A DNA stretch of 64,000 nucleotides from Prorocentrum cordatum (lineage: Eukaryota). Positions 27,091 through 39,782 of this stretch are shown here, in pieces. Made by a program: the position numbers and the translations under genes. The notes under the pieces are model-generated. The model saw only the letters and a list, made by a program, of their open reading frames with translations. It was not told the DNA's origin and searched no databases. The stretch covers positions 1 through 64,000 of the forward strand of contig CAUYUJ010000202.1 of assembly GCA_963575745.1 (NCBI GenBank). The letters are read 5' to 3'. How positions within the stretch are numbered: position 1 is the first letter of the stretch; each line of letters opens with the position of its first letter.

Positions 27091-28527
27091 GAGTCGCAAT
27101 TTGCCGTCAGGACACCGACGGGCTTCACGCAGCTTCACAGAGTGGCGCCCTCGGTACTTTAACAGGGCCTCCTTTTTTCCAGGCTTACACTTGATGGAAA
27201 GATGGAGTCTCTCAAAGACCCCAAAAAGCTGCTCAAGCAAAACATCGATGGCCTTGTCTAGGGTAGCCCCAGACGCAGACATCAGTACAAATCATTCATC
27301 GTCGACAAACGCCGCATCGACTACCGAAATAGTCTCAGGATCATACACTAAGGCCTCTGGAGGAGCCCAAAACGGGGACTCAGGAACAGGAAGACGGAGA
27401 GTGATATCTGCACGCTCGAGAGTCCACGACATCAAGTCGAGAGCAATCGAGTATACTGCATTGAACGTGAGCGCGCCAAGCTTACAGCCTTGTCTCCCTC
27501 CCGTCCGACTCGCCACCCGACTCTCCACCACCGACATTCCGAACCACGCACCAGCATGCAGTGACTGGCATAAGTCCGCAACACCTGGGTCAACATTCCA
27601 CTGGGCAAAAATGTGTCCGCGCTCATCCCAATACTGGAGGATCCAGTCGCTTGCGCCATCGGCTACGCCGAGCTTCTTCAGGTGCGCCACACGAGCAGCA
27701 CGGTCGGGGGGAGGGTGGGGCCCCCATCCGAACACTAGTTCACGCAGCACTCGGTCAAATGCTCTGACCAGATCAACACAAAGCACCACCACAGAGAAGT
27801 CGCGCAAGTGTGCTACCTCCATGGCTGCACGAATGAGCAACGTCGCTACATCTGTCCCTCGCTTGGGGACAGCGCCAAACTGTGTGAGTGGCATGCGGTC
27901 AACATACGTGGGGTCTAGATGGGCCTTAAACATCCCAGCCAGGCCCTTACCTGAGTGGTCGGCCAACAAGATCCCACGACTACAATCAGGGTCTCTGGGG
28001 TCCCCTTTCTTTTTGTACACTTCCTGGATGCGGCCTCCACGCCACTGCTTCGGCCAAGAGCCGTTCTGCAGCACGCGCAAGTTGACCGTCGCAAACTTAC
28101 AGGCGAGCGCATCGCCACCTGCCTGGAGAAGCTCCGCTGGGATCAGGTCATAGCCAACACCTTTGTTGCGGCCAAGAGCCTTGAACGCTATGCGGGTAGC
28201 CTCTGGACCAACATCCAGGGCTGAGAGGGCATTCCTCGGCGTGCGCTCAGGCTCCTGGAGCTCGGCCTCGCTGATTGGAGCACCTCCGAGGACATCAGTG
28301 AAATGCTCGAGCCAGCGCCGTCGAACAGCAGGGGGGTCTGACACCACCGAGCCGTCCTTTGAGAAAATACATGGCGTAGCTCGATGTCTAGTGCCGCTCA
28401 GAGCTCTCACAATCGCGTAGGCCTGCCTCGGATCATGCTCACTGAGAGCAGATGAGGCGGCCAGCGCCATTGAGTCTAAGAAGGCAGCACGGTCACGCTC
28501 GAGGATGGGCTTGGCGCACATCTGCAA
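27091..28527 (-). pseudogene. Non-LTR retrotransposon (LINE) reverse transcriptase, truncated, with an in-frame TGA at 27292-27294
   Basis: Motifs KGVGYDLIPAELL, YKKKGDPRDPDCSRGILL, QFGAVPKRGT, VDLVRAFDRV, GRQGCKLGALTFN and FVDD (the YADD equivalent). The same frame continues after the stop to KPGKKEAL, then is cut by a (CTC)n tract. No endonuclease domain seen. Confidence 0.93.
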
Positions 28528-29513
28528 CCAGAAGATCGTAGCATGGGCTCTGGCGCCCTGCCAACGGTATCTAGATACCCGTCACCGTGCCCCGAGGTCG
28601 TCGCTGGTCGTCGTCGCTGGCGTCGTCGTCGTTGCCCTCCTCCCTGCTGCTGCTGCTCCTCGTCGACGTCCTGCTTCCGTCCCGCGCGTTAAGGAGGGGA
28701 AGTGGGGTTGGATGAAGAGGAGGAGGAGGAGGAGGAGGAGGAGGAGAAGGAGGAGCTTGGGGAGACAGGAGGGGTGGAAGCGGAGGATAGTTAGTGACAT
28801 TGTGTCTATGTGCACGACCTGAGAGGCATGCCAGTGCAACGTTCCCTCGACTCCAGCAGGCAGGGGCACAGTCGGTTATCGAGTTTCATATTGTAACCAG
28901 GTCCGATCGCCTCCATATACCAGCACAGGCCTTCCCGGGTCTAGCAAGAGGAGGACGATGATGCTGACCAGTGGAGTTGATTGATATGTACCCCCGCTTG
29001 ACCCCGCGTGCGCCGTTTTCTCGATGAAGACCCTAAGATATTCGCGTTGGAGACATGCTCATCCACCTTCCCCAGAACGATGGATTACCATTGGTACACT
29101 GGCAATTCCAGGGACTTGAAGCCACACGAGTGGCTACAATTCGCGCCCATTTCTAGCCTTTTTGAGCGCGAGAGAGAGAGACGACGGACCTCACCCTGGT
29201 TCTCCTTCTCATTCTCATCCCGCTATCTTTTTCCGGTAGCCCCCGTGCGTTCCCTTAACAGCCGATGCAACCGTTGGATACCAGACAAGGCCAATCTCAA
29301 ATACATGACGAAGGGCTTCCTCTTCTGTTTCTTGTTCCTCATCGTCGTCCTCGTTCTCTTCTCCCTTCAGCGCCCCCTCCCCCATGAAGTGGATGGGGAC
29401 ACGACCTGACCTCTGCCTGCATCTCGGCCTCCCCATCTCCTCCTCCTCGTCCCCTTCGCACCCTCCTCGCAGGCGGCTTTTCCGAGATGCGGGCTCACCT
29501 GGGAGGCCTCTTG

Positions 29514-29671
29514 TTACCAGCCTGGAACATATCCCTATCCCTATGCTGGGCACCTCCTCATCACGATGCCAATCTTAGGGATTCCCCTAGTTTTCCAGGG
29601 CGAATCCCTGAGATTGTCATCGCCTTTTGGCGCGTCAATCCTAGGGATCGGGATATGTTCCAGGCTGGTAA
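29514..29671. mobile_element. MITE with 22-bp perfect TIR and 5-bp TSD TCTTG
   Basis: TTACCAGCCTGGAACATATCCC ... GGGATATGTTCCAGGCTGGTAA; TCTTG at 29509-29513 and 29672-29676. Confidence 0.88.
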
Positions 29672-29931
29672 TCTTGGGGCCCTGCCTGGGCCCTCTCGAG
29701 GCCTCTTTGGGGGGGCGGCGGCGCCCGTCGCGCCGGCGGCGCCGGCGGCGCCGGCGAGCCCGGGCAGGGCCGGCAGCGGGCACGGCCGTCTTCGAGGCTC
29801 TTCAGGCGGTCCGATTTGTCGTTGCCTCTTCGGCACCAGGGCCAGCCCCGCCTCCCCTGCTGCTCCTCGGCCTCCTCGGCTCCTCCTCCTCCTCCTCCTC
29901 CTCCGCCTCCTCCGCCTCTTCGGCACCAGGC

Positions 29932-30022
29932 TTTTGTCGGGCCTGTCCCCCTACAGGGGGAATACTCAAACATAGTAACGAAAATAGTCTGGGGACTATT
30001 TCCTGACCATTTTTGAACATTT

Positions 30023-30081
<59 letters not shown>

Positions 30082-30128
30082 GATATTTTCGTCCACAATC
30101 GGCCTGTAGGGGGACAGGCCCGACTCAA
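29932..30128. mobile_element. MITE family A, copy 3 (TSD CACCAGGC/CACCAGGG), with internal (GTT)n
   Basis: Same TIRs as copy 1. Confidence 0.9.
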
Positions 30129-30206
30129 CACCAGGGCCAGCCCCCGGGGCCTCCAGGAGGTCCCCTGGTTGGTCCCCGGGCGGCCACGTTGGGGCCGCCT
30201 CGGAGC

Positions 30207-30271
30207 ATGGCGGAATCGGAGGCCCGCGGTGACGTTCCCGATGCGCGTGGACTCTCAGCAGCGCGCGAGAC
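30207..30271 (+). CDS. Candidate first exon of the kinase (MAESEARGDVPDARGLSAARE + AC)
   Basis: gcATGG start context. Ends at AC|GTAAGG; phase 2 joins the G at 32969 to give ACG CTG CAC (T-L-H). No homology support. Confidence 0.25.
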
Positions 30272-30594
30272 GTAAGGAGTGTCTGTATGTCTGTATGTCT
30301 CTATGTCTGTATGTCAGTATGCCTGTATGCATGCATGCATGCATGCATGCATGCATGTATGTATGTATGTTCGGTTTAATTCGATTTCTCGAAATTTAAC
30401 CATTCGTGAGAGCTCCAGTTTTTTTTCCCCCATCTTCGATCTTATTCGCGCTCGCCATCTTAATCTCAGCTCGATCGGGTACCTATTACTGTCAAAAAAC
30501 ATGTGGGCGGGATCGGCTGTTCAGTGCCATCTCGGCAGGTGCTGTCGGTTTTCTGAACTTAACTCGAGCTGCAGATGAGCTACATATGGATGGA

Positions 30595-31182
30595 TGTATG
30601 TATGCATGCATGCATGCATGTACGTACGTATTTATGTATGTATGTATGTATGTATGTATGTATGTATGTATGTATGTATGCACGTATGTATGTATGTATG
30701 TATGAATGTATGTATGTATGTATGTACATATAGTTACATGCATGTATGTATGTATGTATGTCTGTCTGTATGTCTGTCTGTCTGTCTGTCTGTATGTATG
30801 TATGTATGTATGTATGTAGTTTGGTATGTATGTAGGTCGGTATGTATGTATGTATGTATGTATGCATGCATGCATGCATGCATGCATGCATGTATGTATG
30901 TATGTAGGTATGTATGCATATATGCAGGTATTGTATGCATGTATGTGTGTATGTATGTATGTATGTATGTATGCATGCATGCATGCATGCATGTATGTAT
31001 GTATGTATGCATGCATGCATGCATGCATGCATGCATGTATGTATGTATGTATGTCTGGTCTGTATGTATGTATGTATGTATGTATGTATGCATGCATGCA
31101 TGTATGTATGTATGTATGTATGTATGTATGTATGTATGTATGTATGTATGTATGTATGTATGTATGTATGTATGTATGTATG

Positions 31183-31216
<34 letters not shown>

Positions 31217-31385
31217 TGTACGTAGGTAGGCAGGTAGGTAGGTAGGTCGGTAGGTAGGTAGGTAGGTAGGTATGTATGTATGTATGAATGAATGAATGAA
31301 TGCATTAATGAGGTAGGTATGTATGTATGTATGTAGGTAGGTAGGTAGGTAGGTAGGTAGGTAGATAGGTAGGTAGGTAGGTAGG
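30595..31385. repeat. (TATG)n/(TAGG)n microsatellite
   Basis: Direct observation. Confidence 0.97.
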
Positions 31386-31929
31386 GCGTAGTAGTGCGTT
31401 GTGGTTTTCGTGTGGGTTTCGGATGTGTCGGGCCTGCTCGGAGGGCCCGGGCCCCAACCCAGGGACAAGGAGCCCGCCAGATCACCCCCCAGAAGTGCCC
31501 GGAGCGTCCTCCCCTGCTGCACCTCGCCCCCGCCCATGGCTCCCCCCGCTTTTTCCTCCCTCCCCCCCTCCCCTCCGGAAGTTACTGTCTGACTTGACTT
31601 CAGGTGCCCGTGCAGAGTTTGCGAGCTTCGCCTCTTAGCACAGCCACACGAGTTGACTGTGCTGACTGCCTCTGCTAGCTGCAGCGCCGCCACTAGCTGA
31701 CAGGCCATACGCTTCATCAGCAGCGCAATCCAAAAAAATCCCTCCCCTCGAGGGGCCGCATCGCTTCTGCCTTGCTCTTTTCCCCCCCCCCGTCTTCTCG
31801 GGGCCTCGCTCGCTTCCCGCTCCAGCAGCTGTAGGCGTGCGGCAGGTTCGCGCCGCGGCGGCCCCGCCGCGGGCGACCCCGAGGCGGCGCGGCGCGCGGC
31901 TGGCGACCTGGCGATCGGAACGCCGCCGA

Positions 31930-32345
31930 CTGGGGGGGGGGGCACGTGCGGACCCCTACCCCTACACCTTAGGCGATGGTTAAGAAAACTTAAGTTTTCG
32001 GCCAGAGTCTTGATTATTCTTAATGTTTCAATGTAAGTCCTAAGGTTTTGATAGAAGTTCTGGGTTTTTATTCAAGTTCTGAGACTATGAATTTCTTAAC
32101 CCATGGTTTCTTAAGCATTTCGCAGGGTGTACCCCCCACGACCTCTGAGGAGGAGGAGGGTGGGGTTCGCTTCGCTCGGGAGCTCCCCCACGCGAGCCCT
32201 GCCCCTCCCCCCCACGACTTCTGAGGGGGAGAGGGGGTGGGGTTCGCTTCGCGCTCGGGAGCTCCCGAGCGAAGTGGAACCCCGCCCTCCCACTCAGAAG
32301 TGGGGGGGGGGGGGCAGGGGTCGGGCTCGCACGTGTGGCCCCCTA
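31930..32345. mobile_element. Family H copy with a nested AT-rich inverted-repeat insert (~31977-32104)
   Basis: Family H motifs present; insert ends ATGGTTAAGAAA ... TTTCTTAACCCAT. Confidence 0.7.
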
Positions 32346-32968
32346 GCCTTATGATGTTCCAACCTACTTTAGCTTTGACCACCCGAAAGAATTTCGAGCA
32401 CCTGAAAAGTACCCAAAAACTCTGCGGTTTTCATGTGTCGGGCCCTGGGAGACACTGTTTCGACATTCTTTCGACACTCTTTCGACACTTTTCCGGGTGC
32501 TCGAAATTATTTCTGGGATGGGATCAACATAACCCTAGCCGATCGTTCCAGGGTGGACGATCCAGCGCGGTGTCCGAAGCCAACGTCGGGGTCGTCACGG
32601 CGCGAGCCTCCCGCGTGGGAGTCTTCTAGCGCCTGCCCATCTGGCCCATGTCCAGAGAGATTCTCTTCCCCTCGCGATGGCACGACATGCGCTTTTGCGG
32701 AGGTCGGCCTTTTGTGGTCGTGGCCTTTAGTGGCAGGTCGTGGCCTTTTGTGGTTAGTGGCCTTCTGCGGAGGTCGTCGTGGCCTTTTGTGTGGCTCGGC
32801 GCCGTGCGGCGCCTCGGACGCTGCCCCTTGGTGCGTGCCGTGCGGCAGGCAGGGGACTTCACAGCGCCGACCAGGGAGCTTCGCGCGAACCTCGGAAAGT
32901 GCGTCGAAAGAAAATCGAGGGGGCGAGGACGGGATGGACGGGATGCCGGCCGTACCTCATCGCCCGAG

Positions 32969-33017
32969 GCTGCACACCGAGCTGCTGAAGGAGGTTCAGG
33001 ACGGCGGCTTCGGCAAG
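32969..33017 (+). CDS. CDPK exon ([16 protein letters not shown])
   Basis: AG|G acceptor, AAG|GC donor, GC3-rich codons; joins in frame to AQLILD. The 5' boundary is uncertain. Confidence 0.7.
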
Positions 33018-33866
33018 GCGCATCCCGTCGTCGCCTGTCCCCAGGGATCGAGCATTTAGGCTTAGGGGTCGAGGTTTTGGATGTTTCTGGGCCCTTTTGG
33101 GCCTGGGGGACACCTTCCGTCGTCACGGCTGCATCCGCCTCGAAATTTTGGTGGGAATGTGCTCCAGGAGATGTTGGGAAGTCGCCATCCTCGTCATCGT
33201 CGTCGTCGTTCTCCTCCTCCTCTTCTGTCGGCCCTTTGATCCGAGTTCTTCGCCGTTTCGGGACCCAGGACCCTCAGGCATGGATCCGTCTCGAGAAGCC
33301 CACTATCAAGATGGGATCGGCCCGTGTCCTTCTCCTGAGGGATCGGTTCGTCTCCTCCTGCTCCTCCCTGAAGCTCTCATGGAGCGCGTTCTGCCCAGGT
33401 TTTTCAGGCGGTTCCAGCCATGGTGCCTGCCCAGGAGGTGGACGAAGGCAATCCGGGAGGACCACAAGAAGGCGAAACGCGTTGAAGGATCGGCAAACAA
33501 TTTCTCAAGTGCTTCCCCTCCTCCCTCCTCCTCCCCCTTCTCGACTTCGGGAAGGCGCAGCTCATCCTGGACAAGCTTGACAGGATCCAGGACCGGCGGC
33601 AGGATGAGGATTTCGTTGAGTAAGAGCGGGAAGCGAGAGAAGGAGGTGGAGGAGGAGGGAGAGGAGGAGGAGGAGGCGGAGGAAGAAGAGGAGGAGGAAT
33701 ATGGAGACTGTCTGAGCACCCTTGGTGGTGATATCGGTGTGTCGTAACAAGTTCAGATCGCACCATAAGTAAAAGGGTGGCATGGGGAATAGCGAGACGC
33801 CGTCGCACTTATTCATAATAGGTGTGGATGGAGTTTCCCAGAAGGATGGTAATGGTGACGATGATT

Positions 33867-33943
<77 letters not shown>

Positions 33944-36900
33944 GATGATGATGATGATGATGATGCTGATCCTGATGATGCTGATGATGGTGACGACGAT
34001 GCTGATGATGGTAATGATGCTGCTGCTGATGACGATGATGATGATGGTGGTGGTGGTGATGATGCTGCTGCTGATGATGATGATCATAATGACGATGATG
34101 GTGATGGTGATGGTGATACAGATGGTGATGATGATGGTGATGGAGACGGTGGTTGTGATGGGCTATTACGATGACGATGACGATGCTTATGATACGGATG
34201 ATGATTATGATGATGATGGTGATGATGGTGATGATGATGAAGACGAATAATTTAATGATGCTGAGGATGCTGATGAGGGTGATGATGCTGATGATGGTGC
34301 GTCGTTCTGGCGGCTATGTTGCCGCCTTCGCCGCCCCGTCGCCGCCCTGTCTCCGGGCATCGTCTTGACCTGTGCGTCGGTTTGGCGGCTATGTTGCCCG
34401 TGTCGGCGCCCCGTTTCCGCGTGTACAGTGAACTGCGTAGATTCTCCTTGCTGACACAGTATTCGGACTTACCCCCCCGGGGTCCTCGGCTACCTTTTCG
34501 TACTGCAACTTGCATTTGATTCTGCCCCATCGTCCATCCTGGACATGAATTCGTGCCATCCCAGGCAGGCCGGTATCGCCCCCCCCCCCCCCTTCATCTT
34601 ACGCGAACAATGTTATGCGCGCACATTCGTTTAACAAAAACCAGCAGTTTTCAAAAGCCCTTCAAAGCAACGGGACGAAGTGCACATGATGGCGTCGTTG
34701 CGTGCCGAAATCCTTCAAAAAGCTAAGGTTTCGTGAGGATTTCACCATCGAGAGTCACGAAATCATGCAAAGCACATTATTTCACAACAACTGTTTTCAA
34801 GAACAATCCTGCGCCCGCGCTCTTGAGAATTCTTAAGATCACCATCGGCTTCAACATTTCCATACCATGCTACCAAACGGGCCTTTCGCGCGCGCAGGTC
34901 GAAATCGTTCGAACGCCCTTGCGCGCGTGTTGTCGCAATAATCCTTTGCAAACAATGGAACGACGTGCGCACGCGCGCGTCGTCGCGTGCGCATGCCGAA
35001 CTCCTTGAAACACTTGGTTTCGTAAGGATTTTCAGAGCGACTGTCTCGAAAACGTAACAAAGCACATGGTTTGTAGCATTAGTTTTTAAACCAATCCTGC
35101 GCTTGCCGTCCTGCTGATTCTTTAGACAACCATCGGTTTTCCACCATTTCCATTACATTCTTGACGCTTCGCGAAGCGGCCAGCACACAAAGGAAGGTTC
35201 CCTCTTGGAGCGCTCTTGGGTGCCTCGGGGAGCCTCTTGGGGCCTCTTGAGGGTCTCTTGGGAGCCTCTTGAAGCGCTCTTGGGTGCCTCGGAAGCCTCT
35301 TGGGGCCTCTTGGGGGTCTCTTGGGAGCCTCTTAGGGCCTCTTGGGCGCCTCTTGGGGCCTCCTGGGCGCCTCTTGGGGCCCCCTTGAGGCGCTCTTGGG
35401 CGCCTTGGGAGCGCTCTTGGGGCCATCTTGGACGAGCTCCAGTAACGAAGGGGGGGGGTCCTTAATTCGCCTCCACCCTCGGAAGCTCCCAATATCGCTT
35501 CTTTGGAGCGCATTAGGGGCGCTCTTGGGCGCTCTTGGGGCCGTGGTGGGGCTCTCTTGGGCCTTTCCTGGAGCCCTGTTAGGCTGTCTTGGAGCCATCT
35601 TGAGGCCTCGAATGGCCATCAAGAACGAAAAGAAGAGAACGCGATTATTATTGATTTTCCGTAGGCTTTGGATGGATTTGGGCATCCTCGGGGCCTCCTT
35701 GGGGAGCTCTTTGGCCACTTGGAGCAGTCTTGGAGCGGTCTTGGGGCCTCTTGCAGCATCCTGGGTGCCATCTTGAGGCATAGCGGATATCTTGAGCCGT
35801 CTTGGAGCTCACCTTGGGCTCTCCGAGGTGCTCTTGGAGCCATCTTGGGCCATCTTGGTCGCTCCAACCTCTCAGGGGACCCCCCGTCCAGGTCCAGGGG
35901 TGGGGTGGGGGGGGGGGGTGGGGGGATGGGCAAACCCATCCCTGAAGGGGAAGAGGGGCAGATGGAAGACAACACACGCTAGACCGCCTACGCCCTAAAG
36001 GGCTTGTGGGATTCTGCCACACGGGCCTCTCGCGCCGCATGTCGAACTGCTTCGGACGCCCTTGCGCGCGTGCTGGGGTTGGGGGTGGGGGCGCGATCCG
36101 TATCAACCAATACCACCCTGGCCACTCGCGCGCGTCGGCCGCGCGCGCATGTCGAACTTCTTCAATAGCCTCCATCGCCGACGCGAGGAGATCGTCATCG
36201 TTATCGGCGGACGCGATCAACGTCGGCGCCGTCATTTGCCCGCCCGTCGTCATCGCCACCATCGTCACCATAATCGTGTCTACCGTTGTCGGCGTCGCCA
36301 TGATACCGCGCCCGCCCAAGTCACCGACTCGCGCTGAAGTGCCAGCTAGGAAGTGCCCAGCGGTCAGCGCCACCGCGGCCGCGTCGGTCGCGCCAAACTA
36401 GGTGGCCGCCGTGCGCGCGAGCATGCGCGGGCTAGCGCGGCCGCAGAGATGCACCAGCCAACGCCAAGCACTCATCTCACTCGCCGCCGCATGCTTTTGC
36501 AAACTAAGTTGCGGGTGGGTGGGTGGGATGTTTGCAAGGGCATGGGGTTTGTCAGCCCAGTGTAAGAATCAATTGCGCCGCGTGGATTCTCCATTCTCAT
36601 CGAGTAATAGCTTCGGCCCCCCGCAAACTAACGACGCCCATTTACGTATAGCAGTTTGCATATAATGGTGCCCCACCGCCCGTCCTGAGGATGAATTTGT
36701 ACCATCCCAGCCCTGCCGATATCGACACCTCTCGATGCAACAAATGATATGCGCGCTCTCTTGTTTATCAAAAAACCAGAAGGCCCATGGATTTTTGCAT
36801 CACATGGGACGAAGTGCGCGCGCGCGTCATTGCGCGCGCGCATGCCGGAATCCTGGCAAAACGGTTTCTTCCAGAAGAGGTCCAAATCAAGTGTCACGAA

Positions 36901-36988
36901 ACAAAAGGAGACCAACATGGTTTTGCAACACGAATTTTCAAGACAGGTCTGCGTCCGTTCTTGCGAATTCTTAAGTTTTTTGTTTAAC

Positions 36989-37019
<31 letters not shown>

Positions 37020-37090
37020 TGTATGTATGTATGTATGTATGTATGTATGTATGTATGTATGTATAGGTATGTGTATATATATATATATAT

Positions 37091-37125
<35 letters not shown>

Positions 37126-39741
37126 AACCGCATTTTCGCAACGTGCTTGCTCTCGCGCGTGCGCGTCGACATCGTTCGAACGCTCTTGCGCGCGTGCTGT
37201 CGCGAGGAACCCTTGCACACAATGGGGCGAAGTGCACGCGCGCGCGTTTTCGCGCGCGCGTCGAAATCCTTGAACACACACTCGGTTTCGTGAGGGTTTC
37301 AACGCCGAGTGCGCCGAGCACATATCAAACCACACGGTTTCCCAACGCCAGTTTTCAAAACATCTTTCGCTCGCGCCCGTGCGGATTCTTGAGGAAACGA
37401 TTGGTTTACCAACATTTTCATAAGCTTCTGCCAATCGGGCCTCTCGCGCAGCATGTCGAACTGATTCGAACATCCTTGCGCGCGTGCTGGGGGGTCCATG
37501 TCAAATAATGCAACGCGGGCCACTCGCACGCGTCGGCCGCGCGCGCATGTCGAAGCCTCACAAGAACCTGCATCGTCAACGCGAGGACATCGTCATCGTT
37601 ATCGGCGGGCGTGATCAACATCGGCGCCGTCGTTGGCCTTGCCGTCGTCATCGCCGCCTTCGTCGCCATAATCGTGTCTACCGTTGTCGGCGTCGCCATG
37701 ATACCGCGCCCGCCCAAGTCACCGACTCGCGCTGACATGCCAGCTAGGAGGTGCCCAGCGGTCAGAGCCACCGCGGCCGCGTCGGTCGCGCCAACTGATT
37801 CGAACGCCCTTGCGCGCGTGCTGGGGTTGGGGGTGGGGGCGCGATCCGTATCAACTAATACCGCGCTGGCCACTCGCGCGCGTCGTCCGCGCGCGCATTT
37901 CGAACTTCTTCAATAACCTCCATCGCCGACGCGAGGAGATCGTCATCGTTACCGGCGGACGCGATCAACGTCGGCGCCATCATTTGCCCGCCCGTCGTCA
38001 CCGCCACCATCGTCAACATAATCGTGTGTGGAATTATTGGCGTCGTCTAGTGCCGCGCCTGCCCAAGTCATCGGCTCGCATTGAAATGCCGTTGGGAAGT
38101 GTCCAGCGGTCAGCGTCACCGCGGCCGCGTCGGTCGCGCCAAACATGCGTTGGCTAGCGCGGCCGCGGAGGCGCGCCAGCCAACGCCAAGCGCTCATCTC
38201 AGTTGCCGCCGCGTGGGTTTTGCAAACCAAGTCGCGGGTGGGTGGGCGGGGTGTTTGCAAAAGAATGGTCAACTCGTCTGTAAACATAGTTTGCGTCACA
38301 TCGATTGCGCCGCGTCGGTTCTCTTTTCTAACGGTGTATTGAATTCTGTCTTCCCCTCCCCCCGGATATGACCGTTCCCCTTTTTTCGTTTTTCAGTTTG
38401 CCTCTGACTCTGCCCCGTCGTCCACTGTAGGTATGGAGTTGCACCATCCCAACCGAATCGGCAATGTGTCCTCCCCGCTTCCCTCAGCCCATGCACCAGA
38501 TATTATGCGCGCGCTCGTGAATCATGCAAACGGAGTAACAGGGATCCTTGGCAACAAATGAAACGAAATGCACGCGCGCGCCTCGTCGCGCGCATGCCGA
38601 AGTCTTTCAGATCATTAGGTTTCGCAAGTATTTCAAAATCGGGTGCCCCGAAAACATATAACCAACACGCGGTTCCACCACGAGTTGTCAAAACGAGCTT
38701 GTTTTTGCGCTCCCGCAGATTTTCAACAAGAGCGCCATGGGCTTCAAACTTTTTAATAACGTGTTTTGCAAGGATGACTCCCGCACAATATTTGCAAATC
38801 AAGTTGCGGGTGGGTTGGTGGGATGCTTGCGCGAGCAGTGGAGTTCACAATTCGTTGCAAACAAACATGGATTCTCCTTTCTCGGCCCCCCTTCCGGGTA
38901 TGTAAATCATGTACGATTGTGACCACATGTCCATTTTAACGGTGAATTTACATTATCCCAGGGGAACCGGTATCGCCCCCCCTGCGTTCCCCTATGAAAA
39001 AAACGATACGCGGGGACATCTTTTGTTCTAGCATAAGAGTTTTTTTCCACGAATTCTTTGCAACAAATGGGACGAAGTGCGCACGCGCGCGCCGTCGCGC
39101 GCGCATGCCGAAATCCTCCAACAACTTTGGGTGTCGGAAGGATCTCGTAATCGAGTTTCCCACACACATACAAAAAACACAGGGTTTCGCAACACTGATT
39201 AGCTAAAAAAGCTAACGCGCGAGCTCTTGTGAAACCGTAAGAAAACCACAGGTTGTTCAAGATTTTCACACAATGCTACCAAACGGGCTTCGCGTGCGCA
39301 TTTCGAAATTGGTCGAAAGGCCCTTGCGCGTGTGCCGTCGCGAGAATCTTCTGCAGCAGATGGGACGAAATCCAGACGCGCGCGTCGTCGCGCGCGCATG
39401 CCGAAATCCTTAAAAACCCATCGGTTTCGGAAGGATTTCAAAATCGTGTGTCCAACAAACCTACAAAAACACAAGGTTTCGCAACACGGATTTCCAACAA
39501 AAGCGTGCGCGCGCGCTTTTGCGTCGTCGTCGTCGTCGTCGCCGTCCTCCCTCTTCCCGCGTCGTCGTCGTCGTCGTCGCCTACGTCGTCCTTTGTCTTT
39601 CCTCGTGTTCGTCGTCGTCGTCCTCTTTGGCGTCGTGGTCGTTTCCGTCGTCGTTGTCGCCGTGGTCGTCCTTCCTCCTCCTCACTCGTCGTCGTCGTCG
39701 TCCGTCGTCGGCGTCTCGTCGTCGTCCATCCTATTTTGTCG

Positions 39742-39782
<41 letters not shown>

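Noticed and set aside
27292..27294. Stop-codon readthrough or reassignment in the RT
   Set aside because: A single stop in an already truncated element is more simply a nonsense mutation.
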